DNA of 64,000 bases from an uncultured bacterium (GTDB lineage: Bacteria; Patescibacteriota; Minisyncoccia; UBA6257; 2-01-FULL-56-20), in assembly GCA_963707865.1 (NCBI GenBank), contig OY970175.1:16748-80747 (forward strand). Direction: 5' to 3'. Shown one piece after another: positions 29,548 through 39,834 of the stretch. The notes beneath the pieces were generated by a model that saw only the letters and a list, made by a program, of their open reading frames with translations, was not told the DNA's origin and searched no databases. Both the position numbers and the translations under genes were made by a program. The first letter of the stretch is position 1. Every line of letters begins with the position of its first letter.

Positions 29548-31278
29548 ATGCCGTCGCCGACAACCGAACGTATCAAAAGCAAGCTGGACATCGTGGATTT
29601 CCTCCGCGGCTATTTGACGCTCACGCCCGCGGGGAAAAATTTCAGGGCGCTCTGTCCGTTCCATAAGGAGAAGACACCTTCGTTCATGGTGTCGCCTGAG
29701 CGGCAGTCGTGGCACTGCTTTGGGTGCGGCGTTGGCGGCGATATCTTTGCCTTCGTGATGCGTTACGAGAACATGGAATTTGGCGAAGCGCTCCGCCTGC
29801 TCGCGGAAAAAGCGGGCGTGGAACTGCGCCGCGAGAACCCCGCCGAGTACCGCTACACCGGCTTGCTCTACGACCTGAACGAGACAGCAAAAAATTATTT
29901 CAAGAAAGCGCTCGCGGCGGCGCCCGTTGCCAAACAATATCTCGCCGAACGCAGCTTGAAACCAGAAACGATTGAAGAGTTTGAACTCGGCTGGGCGCCG
30001 AATGAACCGGAGGCGCTCTCCATGTACCTTCTGAATTCCGGCAGCGCGCCGCAGGATCTTGTCCAGGCGGGGCTTTCCATAAAGACCGAGCGCGGCCTCA
30101 TGCTTGACCGCTTCCGCGGGCGCATCATGTTCCCGATCCATAATCATCAGGGCAAAGTGGTCGGCTTCACCGGCCGCATTCTTCCGCAGATAGAAAAAAT
30201 GCTCGCCGCGAATAAGGGACAGGAAGCTGCAAAATATGTGAACAGCCCCGAGACACCAATCTTTCAAAAATCACGCCTTCTCTACGGATTTTGGAAAAGC
30301 AAAGACGCCATCCGCGATGCAAAGTCGGCGTTCCTTGTAGAAGGCCAAATGGATTTTTTGATGAGCTGGCAATCCGGGGTGAAAAACGTAATCGCGAGTT
30401 CGGGCACCGCTTTGACTGCCGACCATCTGCGGTCGCTTCACCGCCTCGCCGATGAATTGATAGTGAGCTTTGATAATGACGTCGCCGGTTCCGACGCTGC
30501 GGAGCGGGCGATTGACCTTGCCGAGGCAAACGACTTTGCGGTGAAAGTGGCCATCATGAAAGATTTTAAAGATGCGGCCGATGCCGTGCAGGCAGACCCT
30601 TTGAATGTGCAAAAAGCGGTGAGCGGCGCCGTGGCTGCCCCTATCTTCTATTTTGATAAATACCTTCCGGAAGATCCTGAAAAATTGAAAACGCGCGAAG
30701 GTCTGTGGCAGCTCCGCGCCGTGCTCGGAAAACTGAAGAACATCGCGAGTCCCGTGGAGCGCGGCTTTTGGCTGAAGGACCTTTCCGTGCGCTCGGGCAT
30801 TGCGGAAAAAACACTGGAGGAGGAGATGGCGAGGGCGAACGCCGCGGGCATTCCGGCCGCCGCGCCGAAAGAAGAAATGGCGCCAAAGCGCGAGGTGGGG
30901 CGCGCCGAGCTCATCGTTGAAGCATTGCTCGCCGCCGCGCTCGCAAAAAATGATTTCGCAATATTTGATGACTGCGCGACATTTTTGGATCCCATCCAAA
31001 AGGAGATTCTCCGTATACTGAAGAGCGGAAAGACAAAGAGCGAAGACCCATCGCTGGACGAAACGATCGGTCTCATTGTCCTCCGCGCCCCGGGCGACAT
31101 CGCGCTCGAAGAAATTGAGGCGCTCAAAGCCGAGCTCTCAAAGGAATATTATAAAGAGCGTCGCAAAATCCTCGCGCAGGCGATAAAGAACGCCGAGGCC
31201 CGCGGCAATGAGACGGAGCTCAAAGCGGCATTGGAGGAATTGAAAAACTTACCGGTGATCATGGGAGGGGAGTCCTAG
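29548..31278 (+). CDS. dnaG: DNA primase
   Basis: CPFHKEKTPSF zinc finger, RFRGRIMFPI, KYVNSPET, VEGQMD. Confidence 0.97.
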   Translation: MPSPTTERIKSKLDIVDFLRGYLTLTPAGKNFRALCPFHKEKTPSFMVSPERQSWHCFGCGVGGDIFAFVMRYENMEFGEALRLLAEKAGVELRRENPAEYRYTGLLYDLNETAKNYFKKALAAAPVAKQYLAERSLKPETIEEFELGWAPNEPEALSMYLLNSGSAPQDLVQAGLSIKTERGLMLDRFRGRIMFPIHNHQGKVVGFTGRILPQIEKMLAANKGQEAAKYVNSPETPIFQKSRLLYGFWKSKDAIRDAKSAFLVEGQMDFLMSWQSGVKNVIASSGTALTADHLRSLHRLADELIVSFDNDVAGSDAAERAIDLAEANDFAVKVAIMKDFKDAADAVQADPLNVQKAVSGAVAAPIFYFDKYLPEDPEKLKTREGLWQLRAVLGKLKNIASPVERGFWLKDLSVRSGIAEKTLEEEMARANAAGIPAAAPKEEMAPKREVGRAELIVEALLAAALAKNDFAIFDDCATFLDPIQKEILRILKSGKTKSEDPSLDETIGLIVLRAPGDIALEEIEALKAELSKEYYKERRKILAQAIKNAEARGNETELKAALEELKNLPVIMGGES

Positions 31279-31452
31279 TTCGTTTCTTAATTGGTATCAA
31301 TGCCCCAGGCGCCGTATGCGCTATATATTTTCTGCAGAGGTCGCGGACGATTGACATGGCGCATTCACCATAGCGCAGGGGTCATTAAAAGAAGCTAAAA
31401 TACAGCGCGCTTGCTAAACGGCGAAAAATAATCAATAATAAAGCATTCTCTG

Positions 31453-32673
31453 ATGCCCACCCGCCACAAGAAGCCCAAGAAGAGGCCGCAAAAAAAGGGC
31501 GGTGCGAAAAAGCGCACCCTCAAACGAAAGGCGGCGAAAACGAAGGCCGCAAAAGGAAAAAAGAAAAAGCCACTTTCAAAGCTTGAGAAAGCCGTCAAGG
31601 CAAACGCGGCGGAGATTGAGGAGCTCATTGAGCGCGGCCGGCCGCGCGGATTCGTGACGGACAACGAGATTCTTTACTATTTCCCGAAGATAGAGGACAG
31701 CGTGGAATTGCTTGACGAGATCTACAATCGGCTGGAAAAAGCCGGGATTAAAGTGATTGAAACGAGCGCGCTTATAGATTTCTCAAAGGACGAAGGAGAA
31801 AAAAACATTGACGAATCCCTGGCGTTTGAAGGCGACGTGCCGGACGCCGTGCAGATGTATTTGAAGGAGATAGGGAAGACGCCGCTCCTCACAAAAGACG
31901 AAGAACGCGAGCTCGCGAAGCACGCGGAGAAAGGAGACGAGGATGCGCGCCAGAAATTGATGAAGGCCAATTTACGTTTGGTGGTTTCCATTGCAAAGCG
32001 TTACGTGAACCGCACGCCACACTTGAGCATTCTTGATCTCATCCAAGAGGGGAACATCGGTCTCTCGCGCGCGGTGGAAAAATTTGACTATCGGCGCGGA
32101 TTCAAATTCTCTACGTACGCAACGTGGTGGATCCGCCAGGCGATCACGCGTGCACTTGCCGACCAATCGCGTACCGTCCGCATTCCGGTACACATGGTGG
32201 AGACGATTTCCAAATATACGCAGGTGCGCCGGCAGCTCATTCAGGAGCTAGGTCGCGATCCCTTGGCAGAAGAGATCGCCGCGGAGATGGGAATAGACGT
32301 GGATAGGGTGCGCCACATCCAGAAAATTTCGCAGGAAGTACTTTCCATTGAAACGCCGATTGGCGACGAGGAAGATTCCACGCTTTCCGATTTCATCCCC
32401 GACGAACGAAATGCAACGCCATCCCAGCTCACCGCGCGCGCGATGCTCCGCGACCTCATCCGCGAGATCATGATTGACCTCACGGAACGCGAACAGCAGA
32501 TTTTGAAGATGCGGTTCGGCCTTGATGATGGCATCAGCCACACGCTTGAGGAAGTGGGGAGGGCTTTCGGCGTCACGCGCGAACGCATCCGGCAGATTGA
32601 GGCGAAGGCGCTGGAGAAGATCCGCGAGCACGGCAAGGCACCGGCGCTCGAAGGATTTGAGAACCTCCCGTAG
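31453..32673 (+). CDS. rpoD: RNA polymerase primary sigma factor
   Basis: [38 protein letters not shown]; Lys-rich N-terminal extension. Confidence 0.96.
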   Translation: MPTRHKKPKKRPQKKGGAKKRTLKRKAAKTKAAKGKKKKPLSKLEKAVKANAAEIEELIERGRPRGFVTDNEILYYFPKIEDSVELLDEIYNRLEKAGIKVIETSALIDFSKDEGEKNIDESLAFEGDVPDAVQMYLKEIGKTPLLTKDEERELAKHAEKGDEDARQKLMKANLRLVVSIAKRYVNRTPHLSILDLIQEGNIGLSRAVEKFDYRRGFKFSTYATWWIRQAITRALADQSRTVRIPVHMVETISKYTQVRRQLIQELGRDPLAEEIAAEMGIDVDRVRHIQKISQEVLSIETPIGDEEDSTLSDFIPDERNATPSQLTARAMLRDLIREIMIDLTEREQQILKMRFGLDDGISHTLEEVGRAFGVTRERIRQIEAKALEKIREHGKAPALEGFENLP

Positions 32674-32859
32674 CCCGCACTGCAACTCACTGCATCCGAA
32701 AGTTTGATATACTCGACTAGCTGGGTTTATCGTCCGACCGCCTGGGCGATAATAATAACCCCGGGAAGTTGAAGCTTCGGCGCCTTATATAGAAAAAGTG
32801 ACTGGAATTCGGTAGGAAATCTTTTAATAACTTTTTAATGTCCTCTGAGTATAATGCTC

Positions 32860-33153
32860 ATGATGGACATCGTTGAAATTCTGAATTATCTCGGCATAAC
32901 GCATGACAGGGCGCTTCCTTTCGCCATACTTATAGTGGCGATGGTTTATATTAGCTATGCTTTTACCGCGCCGATAAAACGATCTGTCTCAAAAATATCC
33001 AATGCGATATTGGAAATACAGACGATATTTCACCAGGATGGCGTGGACTTGAAATGCCATCTTGCAGAAAGAACGGGCAGCCCGTTGCGGCCCACCCGAT
33101 ACGGTAAGCAGCTCATCATGGAAAGCGGCCTGGAAACCATCTTGAATGAATAG
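32860..33153 (+). pseudogene. Probably truncated paralog of the 10831 protein
   Basis: TM plus SPLRPTRYGKQLIMESG, stops 7 aa later. Confidence 0.55.
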
Positions 33154-33243
33154 GACGGTTTTATAATTTTTTAATGCGCGGTGAGTATAATGCTTTGCAA
33201 AGGTCGCAAAGCAGGCGTTGTTATTTTTATGGAGATGCATACA

Positions 33244-33480
33244 ATGGAATCTGTGAAGACAAAATATAAATTCCCGTACATCATTGAGGAGGACGAGGAT
33301 GGATTTTATGCTACCTGTCCGGCCCTCAAGGGGTGTTCCACGCAGGGCGATACTTGCGAGGAGGCATTGGCCAACATCAAAGACGCAATTTGGTTATGCC
33401 TTAAGGTCATGGAAGATGATGGCGAAAAGATTTCGGAACCGAAGGCATCCGACTTGCCTACAGTAGAAGTCACTATATAG
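33244..33480 (+). CDS. hicB: HicB-family antitoxin (short, no DNA-binding domain)
   Basis: EEDEDGFYATCPALKGCSTQGDTCEEALANIKDAI. Confidence 0.88.
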   Translation: MESVKTKYKFPYIIEEDEDGFYATCPALKGCSTQGDTCEEALANIKDAIWLCLKVMEDDGEKISEPKASDLPTVEVTI

Positions 33481-33484
33481 TATC

Positions 33485-33721
33485 GTGTCGAAACTTCCTC
33501 GTATTACCGCTCGCGAAGCGGCGGCTCGGTTAACATTGCTTGGCTTTCGACCGGTATGTCAGAAAGGAAGCCATAAGCGTTATCAAGATGTAAATGGGAG
33601 GGGCGTAGCGATCCCATTCCACGGATCAAAAATTCTTCATCCCAAGATCCTGAAAGATATCATGCGTCAGGCGGGGATTGCGGAGTGGCGACGCGTTGCA
33701 ATTCCGCCGATTTTATCTTAA
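33485..33721 (+). CDS. hicA: HicA-family mRNA interferase toxin
   Basis: KLPRIT..LGF..QKGSH..IPFH..ILKDIMRQAGI. Confidence 0.88.
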   Translation: MSKLPRITAREAAARLTLLGFRPVCQKGSHKRYQDVNGRGVAIPFHGSKILHPKILKDIMRQAGIAEWRRVAIPPILS

Positions 33722-33732
33722 CTTTTAGATAC

Positions 33733-35514
33733 ATGGAATCAGCCGAAATCCGCAAAAAATTTCTTGAGTTCTTCAAAACGCGCGGACACGTGATCGTGCC
33801 CTCGTCGTCGCTCGTGCCGGACGATCCGTCGGTGCTTCTCACGACCGCCGGCATGCAGCAGTTCAAGCGTTATTACACGGGTGAGCTTGATGCGCGCAAG
33901 GATTTTCACTTGCCCGACGGCGCACCGGCGAAAGGCGTCGTTTCCATCCAGAAATGTTTCCGCACCTCAGATATTGACGAAGTAGGGGATGAATCACATC
34001 TCACGTTCTTTGAAATGCTCGGCAATTTCAGTTTCGGCGGCTACGGGAAAGAAGAGGCGGTCCAATATGCGCATGAATTTATCACTAAAGAAATGGGACT
34101 TGCTATTGATTATGTGTCGGTCTTTGAGGGAGATCGCGATGTGCCCGCCGACGAGGGATCGGAGAAGATATGGAAGTCACTTGATTCAAAGATCAAGATT
34201 GAACGGCACGGTCGTGAGGATAACTTCTGGGGTCCGACTGGTCCGGAGGGTCCCTGCGGCCCTACGGTGGAGATTTATGTAAAAAATGGTGCAGGAAAGA
34301 GCGTAGAGGTTTGGAACCTTGTTTTCAATCAATACTACCGGCACGCGGATGGACGGCTCGCGCCGCTCAAGATGCTGGGCATTGACACCGGCATGGGCTT
34401 TGAGCGCCTCGCGATGGTATCGCAAAAAACGCCCACCATTTTTGAGACAGATTTGTTTGTGCCGATTATCGATCTTCTCCCCAAAGGGGTCGATGATCTT
34501 GAGAAACGGATCCTCGTCGACCACGTGCGGAGCATTGCCTTCTTGGTCTCCGATGGCGTGCGTCCTTCAAATAAGGAAGCGGGGTACGTACTTCGTCGTT
34601 TGATGCGGCGAGCGATTGTGCACGCAGGGCAACTTGCGCCGGGTATCGGTGAGAATACCGATTACCGCATTGTCGCAAGAGAAACCATGGAAAAACTGAT
34701 TGGGAAAGTTGCAGAGATGTACGGGTCCGCGTATCAGGAATTGGACCCCAAAATAGTAACTAGTGTCTTTGGAGAAGAGAATGGCAAATTTCAAAAAACG
34801 TTAGATGCAGGTTTGAGAGAGCTTCATAAATTGAAAACGGTTGATGTTCCTGCCGTATTTAAATTGTATGAGAGTTACGGGTTGCCCTACGATATTATAA
34901 AAGATATTGCGCCAGAGAGAACAAAAAATCTGAGTCGAGAAGATTTTGATAAGGAGTTCAAAAAACACCAGGAACTTTCCCGCGCCGGAGCCAAGAAAAA
35001 ATTCGGCGGGCACGGGCTGGTCTTGGATACAGGCGAGCTTAAAGCGGGGAACGAAGAGGAAATGAAGAAAGTGTTGCGCCTCCACACAGCGACGCATTTG
35101 CTCCAGCAGGCGCTCCGCGAGGTTTTGGGCCCTGACGTGCGTCAGACGGGATCCGATATCACGCCCGAACGCACGCGCTTTGACTTTTCCTTCCCGCGAA
35201 AGTTGACGTCCGAGGAAATTAAAAAAACGGAAGAGATTGTGAACCAAAAGATCAAAGAAGACCTGCCGGTAAGCTTCAAAGAAATGCCAAGAAATGAGGC
35301 GGAGGGCGTGGGTGCACTCCACTTTTTCAAAGAGAAATATCCCGAGAAGGTGAAGGTGTATTACGTGGGCCGCGACTTGGCACACGCGTGGAGCAAGGAG
35401 TTCTGCGGCGGGCCGCATGTTGCGCATACTGGGGAGATCGGCCACTTCAGAATTGTGAAGGAAGAAGCGGTGGGCGCCGGCATTCGCCGCGTGCGCGGGA
35501 TGTTGGATAATTGA
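33733..35514 (+). CDS. alaS: Alanine-tRNA ligase (no C-Ala domain)
   Basis: LLTTAGMQQFK, HLTFFEMLGNFS, IDTGMGFER, HTATH, EFCGGPH. Confidence 0.97.
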   Translation: MESAEIRKKFLEFFKTRGHVIVPSSSLVPDDPSVLLTTAGMQQFKRYYTGELDARKDFHLPDGAPAKGVVSIQKCFRTSDIDEVGDESHLTFFEMLGNFSFGGYGKEEAVQYAHEFITKEMGLAIDYVSVFEGDRDVPADEGSEKIWKSLDSKIKIERHGREDNFWGPTGPEGPCGPTVEIYVKNGAGKSVEVWNLVFNQYYRHADGRLAPLKMLGIDTGMGFERLAMVSQKTPTIFETDLFVPIIDLLPKGVDDLEKRILVDHVRSIAFLVSDGVRPSNKEAGYVLRRLMRRAIVHAGQLAPGIGENTDYRIVARETMEKLIGKVAEMYGSAYQELDPKIVTSVFGEENGKFQKTLDAGLRELHKLKTVDVPAVFKLYESYGLPYDIIKDIAPERTKNLSREDFDKEFKKHQELSRAGAKKKFGGHGLVLDTGELKAGNEEEMKKVLRLHTATHLLQQALREVLGPDVRQTGSDITPERTRFDFSFPRKLTSEEIKKTEEIVNQKIKEDLPVSFKEMPRNEAEGVGALHFFKEKYPEKVKVYYVGRDLAHAWSKEFCGGPHVAHTGEIGHFRIVKEEAVGAGIRRVRGMLDN

Positions 35515-35567
35515 GATCATAGGAAGCGGTGCTTAACAAGTTCTCACTTGGGCGCTAAAATGAAATT

Positions 35568-36761
35568 GTGAACCTGGATTTCTTCCGGTCGCGGGAAAAG
35601 TTTTTGATATTGGAGATCACGCCCAAAGGCACGAACGGACTATTCTTAAGCGTGGACGAGGGCCGGAATATCGTGGTGGAAAAATTTGTGAGGCAGGACA
35701 ATCTCAAAAAATTTCTGAGGACGCCCGCGCGGCGCGTTTCCGAAACAACATGGGAGGGGAAACGCCTCTTCCATTCGCGGCGGCGCGTGGTCGCAGTGGC
35801 GGATGCAGCACTCGCGACTACGATCCCTATCCCCCTTGTGCTTTCCCGCGAACGCGCGAATGCGAAGACGAAAATCACGATCGCGGAACTTGAGAATCTG
35901 ATTGCGCAGGCGATGGCGAAGATTTTCAACGGATGCCGGAGCGAGGCGGCGAAGCGGTTCGGGGTGGACGAATTAGATGCGGTCCTCGTCGGCGCGCATG
36001 CAAAGCATTTCAAGGTGGATCGCAAGGCGCATGCGAGCCCCGTGGGCGGAACAGGGAAGAAAATTTCGCTGCTTTTGGAATTTACCTTTACGACGCGCGC
36101 GATTTTTGGAGACCTCAGGCCGTTCTTCAACTCCCCGGAAGGACTCTTCTTTAGAGAAGCTCCACAGGCGCGCCTCCGCGCGCTCGCGCGCATGCGCCCG
36201 CTGCCGCTCAACGTAATTGCGGCGGACAGCGAAGGCGCCTCGCTCTATGTGTTGGAAAGACCGAAGGGGAACTATGCGGTGCTCTATCGCGAGAGGCTGG
36301 ATTGGTCCTTTTCGTCGCTCATCAAAAAAGTGGTGGAAGCCCTTGCGGTGACGGAAACAGCCGCGCAAGAGCTCTATTGCCGTTATCATCAAAAAGAAAT
36401 GTCGGCACATGCGGCGCGCGCGTTCAAGCCCATCGTGGAATCCCCGCTGCGCGATTTTCTGGAAACGATAGAAAAGAAAAAGATCAAAGGACCGACGTAT
36501 GTGGACATGCCGCATGCACTGCCGTTCGCATTACCCCACAAACACGGCAAGGCGACACTCGCGGAGTATCCCGTAGAAGAGTTGATGGGAAAATTCGGGT
36601 TCAATCTTTCTCTGGCGGTGCGGGAGAAGGTGCGGGGAGAGGGCGAAGGCGAACGTGCCGTCCTCCGGTCACTCTTCTACTTTATAGAAGCTTATATTGA
36701 CGAGGATCGATCTCTCATCAACCAAAAGCTCCGCCGCCGGCTTCATTGGCTTGCGGAGTGA
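35568..36761 (+). CDS. Hypothetical protein (possibly degenerate FtsA/actin-like)
   Basis: 397-aa ORF directly upstream of the baseplate-J-like gene; no intact motifs seen. Confidence 0.55.
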   Translation: MNLDFFRSREKFLILEITPKGTNGLFLSVDEGRNIVVEKFVRQDNLKKFLRTPARRVSETTWEGKRLFHSRRRVVAVADAALATTIPIPLVLSRERANAKTKITIAELENLIAQAMAKIFNGCRSEAAKRFGVDELDAVLVGAHAKHFKVDRKAHASPVGGTGKKISLLLEFTFTTRAIFGDLRPFFNSPEGLFFREAPQARLRALARMRPLPLNVIAADSEGASLYVLERPKGNYAVLYRERLDWSFSSLIKKVVEALAVTETAAQELYCRYHQKEMSAHAARAFKPIVESPLRDFLETIEKKKIKGPTYVDMPHALPFALPHKHGKATLAEYPVEELMGKFGFNLSLAVREKVRGEGEGERAVLRSLFYFIEAYIDEDRSLINQKLRRRLHWLAE

Positions 36762-36812
36762 CGCGACACGGCCTGTCGGAAATGTGGTATACTTTTTATA
36801 ACTTGTGTCCAA

Positions 36813-38504
36813 ATGAAAAAAATAACCGTTCTTAAAGAGGAAGGTGTTGCGGAGGTCATTGACCGCATTCTTAACGAACCGGACGAAGAGATCGTGCTTG
36901 TCATCACGACCGGATCCGCGCTCGGGCATTCGGTGCGCAATTTTCACCTTTTGAAGCGCGAGGCCTCCGCGGAAGGAAAGACGGTGGTCATAGAATCCGT
37001 GGACGAGACAATTCTCGCCTTTGCGAAAGAAAGCGGTCTTGAAGGAAGCCATCCGCTCTGGCGCGGCGTGCGTGGCGCAGGCGGCGTTTCGGATATTGTT
37101 CCCGTAAGCGAGGAAGCAGAAGAGACGCAACCGCCGAAGAAGCGCGGCAGGAAAAAGACGGAGGGGACAAGGCTCGTCGTGCACGAGGAGCCGCCCGTGG
37201 GCGGGGATGAATCCGATGAGGGCGAGATCGCAGAGGAAGCGGTCGCCATTGAGGAAGCGGAGCACAGGTTTTTCAGAAGAAGAAACCCCGCGGAACTTGC
37301 GGAACGGTCCGGCCGAGAAGAAGGGGAAGAGGAAGAAGCGGAAAAAAGGACCCGCCGCTCGATACCCCGCAAGTTTGTTATTTGGGTTCCGGGCGTGGTT
37401 GTCCTTATACTCATCATTCTTGGCGTGATGACGTGGTATTTCGGGCATGCGACCATCGCCATTGATTTCCAAAAAACGCCGTGGACCTATAGCGGTACTC
37501 TCGTAGCGGATAAGTCCTTTGCGACAACGATGCAGAAAGCGGGCGCGATCACGATTCCGGCGCAGATATTCTCCGCGCAAAAGAACACCACCCAACTTTT
37601 CCCGGCATCCGGCAATGCGAACGTGTCAATCAAGGCGCAGGGAACCATCACGATTTACAACGCCTACAGTTCTTCAAAGCAGGACCTTGTGGCTGCCACG
37701 CGTTTTGTGACGCCGGACGGAAAACTGTTCCGGCTCGCGAGCGGCGTCACCGTGCCGGGCGCGCAGGTGACGAATGGTGCGATTGTACCGTCTTCCATTG
37801 ACGCGCAGGTCGTTGCCGACCAGCCAGGGGCAGATTATAACGTGGGTCCCGTAGATAAATTGACCATCCCCGGTTTCCAAGGTTCTCCCAAGTATAATGC
37901 GTTCTATGGTCAGTTGAAGAACGGAACAAGCGGTGGCTTTGTGGGGGCAAAAGCAGTGCCGACCACAGCGGACGTCGCGAGTGCAAAAACAAAGGTGACG
38001 AGTCTCCTGCAGGCGAATCTTGTGAGCAACATCACGGCGAGTTACCCCAGCAACTTCAAGATTTTGGATGGCGCAACGAACATTAGTGTGACAAAACTCA
38101 CCGCGAACACCTCAACGGACAGCAACGGCAACTTCAGCGTCTTCGGGGAGGCTTCGCTCCAGGCGATCGGTTTCAACGAGGCAGCACTTAAGGCATATCT
38201 CCTTGCACAAGCGCAGGCGCAAGAAGCGAACTCAACCTTCAGTTCGTCCACGCTAGAATACAGTGGAGTAAAGGCGGATTTTACAAAAGGAACAGTAAGC
38301 TTCTCGGTCACGGGCGAGGGGACGCTTGAACCTGTTTTTGATGCGGATGCGTTCAAGGCAAGTATCGCGGGAAAGAGCATCAATGATGCCCGCCAAGCGA
38401 TTGCGGCGCTCCCTGAGCTTGCGGACGGCAAGATTTCCGCGTGGCCCGTATGGCTCTGGAACATCCCTTCCAACCTCAATAAGATCTGGTTAGCCGTAAA
38501 TTGA
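36813..38504 (+). CDS. Membrane protein with baseplate-J-like extracellular domain
   Basis: KAQGTITIYN, TRF..DG..F, ADQPGADYN, SGG. Confidence 0.7.
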   Translation: MKKITVLKEEGVAEVIDRILNEPDEEIVLVITTGSALGHSVRNFHLLKREASAEGKTVVIESVDETILAFAKESGLEGSHPLWRGVRGAGGVSDIVPVSEEAEETQPPKKRGRKKTEGTRLVVHEEPPVGGDESDEGEIAEEAVAIEEAEHRFFRRRNPAELAERSGREEGEEEEAEKRTRRSIPRKFVIWVPGVVVLILIILGVMTWYFGHATIAIDFQKTPWTYSGTLVADKSFATTMQKAGAITIPAQIFSAQKNTTQLFPASGNANVSIKAQGTITIYNAYSSSKQDLVAATRFVTPDGKLFRLASGVTVPGAQVTNGAIVPSSIDAQVVADQPGADYNVGPVDKLTIPGFQGSPKYNAFYGQLKNGTSGGFVGAKAVPTTADVASAKTKVTSLLQANLVSNITASYPSNFKILDGATNISVTKLTANTSTDSNGNFSVFGEASLQAIGFNEAALKAYLLAQAQAQEANSTFSSSTLEYSGVKADFTKGTVSFSVTGEGTLEPVFDADAFKASIAGKSINDARQAIAALPELADGKISAWPVWLWNIPSNLNKIWLAVN

Positions 38505-38585
38505 ATGTTTGACAAACAATGGAAAGGAGCGCTATAATCGTTCCGTTGCTTCCACTATGAGCATGAGCTCGGTTTTTATTTGGGA

Positions 38586-38792
38586 ATGACGGAAGGCGCG
38601 AAGGAAGGAAAAGTCCTGGAAGCCTTGCCGAGCTTGACGTTCCGGGTACAGCTCCCGGGAAGCGAGGCGCCTGTTCTCGCGCACCTCGCGGGGAAGATGA
38701 AGATGCACAATATCCGGGTCCTTCCCGGCGATCGGGTGCTCGTCATACTTTCCCCCGATGGCACGCGAGGGCGTATCGTACGCCGGCTCTAG
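38586..38792 (+). CDS. infA: Translation initiation factor IF-1
   Basis: [27 protein letters not shown]. Confidence 0.95.
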   Translation: MTEGAKEGKVLEALPSLTFRVQLPGSEAPVLAHLAGKMKMHNIRVLPGDRVLVILSPDGTRGRIVRRL

Positions 38793-38823
38793 ACGGAGCA
38801 TAGTACAAACGTGCACGCTATCC

Positions 38824-38937
38824 ATGAAAGTGCGAAGTTCGGTAAAAAAAATGTGTGCGAGTTGCCAGGTTGTCAAACGCCGCGGCAAAATTTATATTGT
38901 GTGCAAAAATCCAAAACATAAACAGCGGCAGGGTTAG
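38824..38937 (+). CDS. rpmJ: 50S ribosomal protein L36 (not in ORF track)
   Basis: [37 protein letters not shown]. Confidence 0.97.
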   Translation: MKVRSSVKKMCASCQVVKRRGKIYIVCKNPKHKQRQG

Positions 38938-38953
38938 TCCCTGCATTTTCCCT

Positions 38954-39337
38954 ATGCGCATTCTTGGCGTTAACATTCCAGACAATAAAAGAACGGAAAT
39001 CGCACTCACGTATCTATATGGCATTGGGCGGTCTTTGAGTGAGAAAACGCTTGCGGCGGCGAAAATAGACGGAGGAAAACGCGCGAAGGATCTTACTGCC
39101 GACGAGGTCGCGCGCATTCAGGGCTTTATAGAAAAGAATTTTGCGGTGGAAGGCGTACTTCGCCAGCGGATAAAGGGTAATATCAACCGCTTGAAGGAAT
39201 TACAGACCTATCGCGGCATGCGGCACCTTCGCCGCCTGCCTGTCCGCGGTCAGCGCACGCGCACGAATTCCCGCACTGTCCGTGGGAACGTAAGAAAGAC
39301 CGCCGGCAGCGGCAAGAGAAAGGTTGAACTCAAGTAA
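38954..39337 (+). CDS. rpsM: 30S ribosomal protein S13
   Basis: ALTYLYGIGR, YRGMRH..LPVRGQRTRTN. Confidence 0.97.
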   Translation: MRILGVNIPDNKRTEIALTYLYGIGRSLSEKTLAAAKIDGGKRAKDLTADEVARIQGFIEKNFAVEGVLRQRIKGNINRLKELQTYRGMRHLRRLPVRGQRTRTNSRTVRGNVRKTAGSGKRKVELK

Positions 39338-39342
39338 CATCC

Positions 39343-39798
39343 ATGGGAAAGAAAAAGATCACGACGCCGTCGGCGGAGGGAGCCCAGAAGACGCCCGAAG
39401 GGGTGAGTTCGGCTGCGGCAAAGGCGGCGCCTCCCGCGAAGCGCGCGAAGAAGGTCACGCAGGGGAGGGTGTACATCAATGCTTCCTATAACAACACGAC
39501 GATTACGGTAACCGACGAGCGGGGCGACGTACTCACGTGGGCGTCGGCGGGTTCGCTTGGTTTCTCGGGACCGAAAAAGGCGACGCCGTTCGCTTCGTCA
39601 AAGGTGATCGCTGCGATCGCCGAGAAGATCCAAGCAACGGGCCCTGCGGACATCCATGTGATCGTAAAAGGCATCGGCTCCGGCCGCGATTCGGCCATTC
39701 GATCGCTCATCAATCAAGGATTCAATATTCTCTCCATAAAAGATGCTACGCCGATCCCGCACAATGGGCCTCGTCCGCCCAAAGTCCGCCGCGTTTAG
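39343..39798 (+). CDS. rpsK: 30S ribosomal protein S11
   Basis: ASYNNT, KKATPFA, DATPIPHNG. Confidence 0.97.
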   Translation: MGKKKITTPSAEGAQKTPEGVSSAAAKAAPPAKRAKKVTQGRVYINASYNNTTITVTDERGDVLTWASAGSLGFSGPKKATPFASSKVIAAIAEKIQATGPADIHVIVKGIGSGRDSAIRSLINQGFNILSIKDATPIPHNGPRPPKVRRV

Positions 39799-39831
39799 TC
39801 ATTAGAAATTGGACATTAGAAATTAGAAATT
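39795..39831 (+). repeat. Five degenerate heptamers (TTAGAAA-like)
   Basis: TTAGTCA TTAGAAA TTGGACA TTAGAAA TTAGAAA TT. Confidence 0.75.
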
Positions 39832-39834
39832 TTC

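Noticed and set aside
32703-32836. Canonical ZTP riboswitch as a feature
   Set aside because: The 5' P1/P2 domain is absent upstream and the downstream genes are unrelated to purine or folate metabolism; kept only as a tentative finding
36813-38504. Prophage or contractile injection system from the baseplate-J-like domain
   Set aside because: TM-anchored lone gene among housekeeping genes; no other phage structural genes
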